Assembly: GCA_958009085.1 (NCBI GenBank)
Contig: OY253685.1
Location: 744,001 to 808,000 of the forward strand
Length of the DNA: 64,000 bases
From: Protoeuglena noctilucae
Lineage: Eukaryota
Reading direction: 5' to 3'
Positions 60,058-64,000 of the stretch are shown piece by piece. Position 1 is the first letter of the stretch. Every line of letters starts with the position of its first letter. A program made the position numbers and the translations under genes. The notes under the pieces are model-generated. The model was not told the origin of the DNA. It saw only the letters and a program-made list of their open reading frames with translations, and ran no database searches.

Positions 60058-61990
60058 ATGAAGTTCAGCAAGCTCCTCCGGGGCTTGTTGGAGGAGAATC
60101 CGGGCATGAGCGACCTGTTCATCAGCTACAAGAAGCTCAAGAAGATCCTGAAGAAGCTTGGCCATGTGAGCTGCTGCGGCGCCGCTTCGCCCGGCAGGTC
60201 CGGCGCGCATCCCGCGGCGAGGGGGTCACGGGCATGACACGGACGACCCCGTCGCCTGGCCGAATCCTTGCCTTGCAATCCTCCGGGGGGGCGCCGGCTC
60301 GACCTCCGGCATCTCGTCTTCGCCGGGCCCCGGTTTTGCGGTTCCGCCCGGGAATTCCGCGCTCGGGCGGCTCTGAGATCGGTATCGAACAGATTTCATG
60401 CCCGCCGACGCGATCGGGGGGCCCAGGTCCCCACGCGCCGCAAATATTCCCCGCCCGCAGGACGAGAAAGCGGACCGTGTCTCGACGGCCTTGCCCGCGG
60501 GGAACGGCGCCGGCGAGGGCGCCGCCGCCCCGCCAGCACCAGTGACGAGCCCCCCGGCCGACGGTGGCGGGGAGGAGGCGCGCGCGCAGGAGGTGGGGCC
60601 GCGCGGGGACCCGTGGCAAGGATTCGGGTAGAGCCCCGCGCGCGGCGGAGAGGACCGCCTCCCCCGCGCTCTTGGCCCGCAGGGACCCTCCTCCACGCAC
60701 GCGGATGACTCGTCACGCCCAGCCCCGCATCTGACCCAGGAGGAGCGCGAATTCCTCGTCATGCTCCAGGAGGACGTCCACCGCTTCAACCAGTACTTCA
60801 TGGACAAGGAGGAGGAGCTGGTCATTCGCCTGCAGGTGAAGATAGCGCGAGGAGGCGACCGGCGGCCCGGTCGCGCTCCGGGGAGCGCCGAGGATTTCGC
60901 TCGATGGTCCGGGCAGCAAGGCGGGGCCTGAGACCCGCCATTTTGCCCATAGCGCGGCCTGCCCGGGGCCGCCTCTGCATAGATATCTGCTCGTGGTCGC
61001 TCGGCTCGTGCCGACTCTCCTGCAGCGTGGCTGTCGCTTGCTGCTTTTCCGCGGTGTGCGTGGGAGCTTGTGGGAACCTTGCCTGCCTCCTTAGCCCCTC
61101 TCCCGCGCCCCCCGCCCCGCCAGGACATCAAGGACCGCCTCAAGTCCGCGGCGTCGAACAACAGCTCCCGCGTCAAGGTGCTCCAGGAGCTGGTGACCTT
61201 CCACGGGGAGGCCGTGCAGCTGCTGCACTGGTCCGCCCTCAACTTCGCCGGGCTGTCCAAGATCCTCAAGAAGCACGACAAGATCTCGGGCATCAAGGCG
61301 AGTGGGACCGCGCCCGCCTGGGACGGCGAGGACAGGCGCAGCACACACGCGGCGGCAGGCAGGGCCACCACCGCGACCTCCCCTGTGCACTCCGCAGTTC
61401 AAAGACTTCTACCAGCTCCGCGCCCTGCGCATGCCCTTCCAGTCGACGGAGATCCTCACCAAGCTGGTGCGCACGGCCGAGGCCGAGGTGGGGCGGCACC
61501 TGGACACGACCGGGCTGGGTACGGCCGGTGCGGCGGCAGAGAGCGGGGCGGAGCGCTCTGGGTCCCTGAGCGCGGAAGGCGGCGAGGCGGCGGTCGCGGC
61601 GGCGAGGGCGCAGGGTGCGGGGTCCCTTTCGAGCGGAGAAGAGGACGAGGACCTGGCGTCGAGCGTCGGGGCGGCGCTCCTGCCCCACGAGATCACGCAG
61701 CGGACGATGAGCGCGCTCAAGATGTGGGAGGTGAGAGGTCGCCGACCGGCGGTGGGCAGGGGATGCCCTAGTGACACGGAGCGAGAGCTTTCTGTGCAAG
61801 TCCCCCCGTCACCGCCCCTCGCTGTTCGCGCCCGCAGGCCCTCCAGCACGCGAGCACCCCGTCCACCGTCGTCCCGCTCATGCGGAGGGGATCTGCGGGA
61901 TCCGCCGACTCGGAGCACTCGGGCAGCCGGGGGCCGGGCGGCGACGGGTCCGCCGAGCCGCCCGCCAAGCGCATCCGCCAGTCGACGTGA
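60058..61990 (+). CDS. Stand-alone SPX-domain protein (plant SPX1-4-like phosphate sensor)
   Basis: MKFSKLL...FISYKKLKKILK, EFLVMLQEDVHRFNQYFMDKEEELVIRLQ, LVTFHGEAVQLLHWSALNFAGLSKILKKHDKISG, PFQSTEILTKLV, ASTPST. TGA 61988-61990. Confidence 0.9.
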
Positions 61991-62751
61991 CGCGCCCGCG
62001 CGAGCGCGTCGCGGGCCAGGCCGGCACCACGCCGCCGCCCGCTCGATGGGAGCGCTGTTGGTGGCGCAGCAGGGTGCTCCAGCCCCGCTGGACCACATTT
62101 GCACCCGGGGCCGCGCGGCGACGTCTCGTGTGCCGCGCGCAACCCTGCCCCGGGTAGCCGGCGCTCCCATTTTGCCCGAAAAGGCGCAGATTCCTCCGCC
62201 TGCCACCGCTCTGGCCTGAGTCTCGCCAGGCAGCCCTCGTTTGGTCCCTCCCCTGTCCCCGTTCCCTCTCGCCCTTTGCGAGACCCCACTGCCGCGCTCG
62301 AGGAGGATTGCTAGCCACCGTCCGGCCCCCAGCACTGCCGGGCTGTCCGAATGGGGCGCGCTTGGCGTGGGGTGCCCTCGCTCGCCGCCCTGACGCAGCT
62401 GCGCCAGAATGGGCCCCAGTATCCTAGGGTATCCATACCCTCGCCGTCTCCTTGTCTTCGCGTAGCAGCCACCCATGGCGTTCCCCGCCATGGCTCCGAC
62501 TGGCACCCCCCGGTGGTGACACGAATGCAGAGGCCGCCCTGTCGCCGAGTTGAGGCTCGGCAATGTGTGCGCCTGTCGCTTCGCGGCACGCCCTCCTGCC
62601 CCGCAGCCGCCCGGTCCGCCGCCGCGTTCCGCCGATGCACCTCCCCGTTCGATTGCCCCGTTTCGCGCCCTGCAAGCCTGCGTTTGTGCCCTCACCTACC
62701 GCCCGGGGGCGCCCTTTAGCCTGTTCCGTCGCCACGACCTCGTTTCGGGAC

Positions 62752-64000
62752 CTAATCCGACGTGCGCCCTTTCCGGTGCGTAGCTGCTAGCCTTAGGACG
62801 GAGCTGGCGGCCTCCGGGCCCCCCTGCCCGCCCCTCCCGATGGCTCTACGAGCCGCATCTTTGCACCCCTCGCGTCTCGCCCCTGGCGCCTCAGCTGGCC
62901 GGCTTGAAGTGCGGAGAGCACGATACGATCGCGACTGGAATCGCAGATGCAACCGGGAAGGCCCTAGATGGCAGAACAAGCGAGCGAGGGTGCAGCTCTG
63001 GCAGTGGACGGGAGGAACTCGACGAATCGATACTAGTACTGTGCAAGGGATCGCGAAACCCCGGAAAACAGCACGGACGTGGCAGGTGTCAACCACTGGG
63101 GACGCAGCGGGCGCTTCGGAAGGGTCGCGATGTACGGCCAACCCAGCCGACTCAGACCACGTCCCCAACGTCCCTCCTCGACACCACGCTCTCGCCCGTC
63201 CGCGGCCGCGCCGGCGACGAGCCCCCGCCGTCGTCCTGCACCACCGCTCCGGGCAACGCCCCCGCCAACGACCCTGGCCCGTCCCGTGGCCGCCCCCGCC
63301 CCTCGCCATCCCCCGCCGCCCCGCCGTTGCCGCCGCCATCGCCGCTCGCCTCGCCTCCCGCCCGCCCGCCCCTCTGGACCTTTGCCCGGCACTCGCCCCC
63401 GCCGAACGTGATGTGCTAGACATCTCCACCACGTCTCCCGGCCCAATCACGACCACCCCGCTCTCGCGGTGCTCGCGCGCAGTCGCGGTCGGGGCCTCCG
63501 ATGGCTGCGGGGAGAGTCCGAGAAGCGGGACGCGTGTGAAGTCAAGCTTCACTCATTGTGAAACCCATCCCCGTCACGCCTGCCTCCTCTGCCGCTATCC
63601 CTCACCTGTCTTGCCCTCCCTTCCCTTTCCCCCGTCCCTCCCTCCTCCCCGCCCTCCCCGCCCCCCTCGTTGGGCTTCTCCTTCACCTCCCGCACCTGCG
63701 CATATGACACGCACACGATTGCTGAATTTCAACGAACAATCATTAGCTACTGGTGAGTGGCTAGGGTCCTCATACCCTCTGCCCCTCTCGTAACCACCCC
63801 TCACCAACCCCACCCAGCCCCTCACCTCCACCGCCGCCCTCATCCACTCCCCCGCGTCATCCGTCCCCGCATGCGGCAGCACCACCCCCAGGTACAGCGG
63901 CACGTCGTCCCCATCCCCTTCACCCTCGCCCTCCCCGCCCGCCCCCTCCATCCTCTCCCTCCGTTGCTGCGACAGGATCATGTTGATCGACTCCCGGATC
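62752..64000 (-). CDS. 3' exons of an unidentified gene truncated by the window edge
   Basis: IRESINMILSQQRRE...VPLYLGVVLP...WMRAAVE|VREVKEKPNEG...ARQ|PSEAPTATA joins in phase 0 at GT-AG sites. The true stop position is uncertain. Confidence 0.4.

Noticed and set aside
1..64000. CRISPR arrays, transposons, introner families, prophage or viral inserts, rRNA
   Set aside because: No regular repeat-spacer array, transposase, RT or capsid motif, terminal repeats or obviously repeated intron sequences seen by eye. An all-versus-all intron alignment would be needed to exclude introners.

Overview
This is GC-rich, intron-dense eukaryotic nuclear DNA, most likely from a flagellated chlorophyte green alga. 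The evidence is a nucleus-encoded plastid rps15 with a transit peptide, a CFAP65-like flagellar gene and a plant-type SPX protein. I reconstructed about 21 tightly packed, mostly multi-exon genes by hand, by splicing ORF fragments at GT/GC-AG sites. In order they are: a p25alpha-like protein, DUF1295, a cyanobacterial-type CofE/F420-ligase-like protein, a giant low-complexity CDS downstream of a PRH/HAT3.1-type PHD protein, a candidate orphan, CFAP65, kinesin-4, ATM1/ABCB7, a NUDT5-like Nudix, HypX/HoxX, Pelota, a small RDEL-ending membrane ORF, complex I NUXM, YJU2, a COA3-like protein, an FHA protein, plastid S15, WBP11, SPX, and a gene cut by the right edge. Four observations stand out. (1) A complete, intron-containing HypX, the bacterial CO-generating [NiFe]-hydrogenase maturase, in a eukaryote. 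(2) A probable bicistronic locus in which a TM/RDEL ORF stops 12 nt upstream of, and in frame with, Pelota. (3) A probably plastid-targeted CofE-like ligase. (4) A very high share of GC-AG introns, about 14 of roughly 110 by manual count. No rRNA, tRNA, CRISPR array or mobile element is supported. Family calls come from motif recognition, not database searches, and start codons and exon boundaries are manual estimates.
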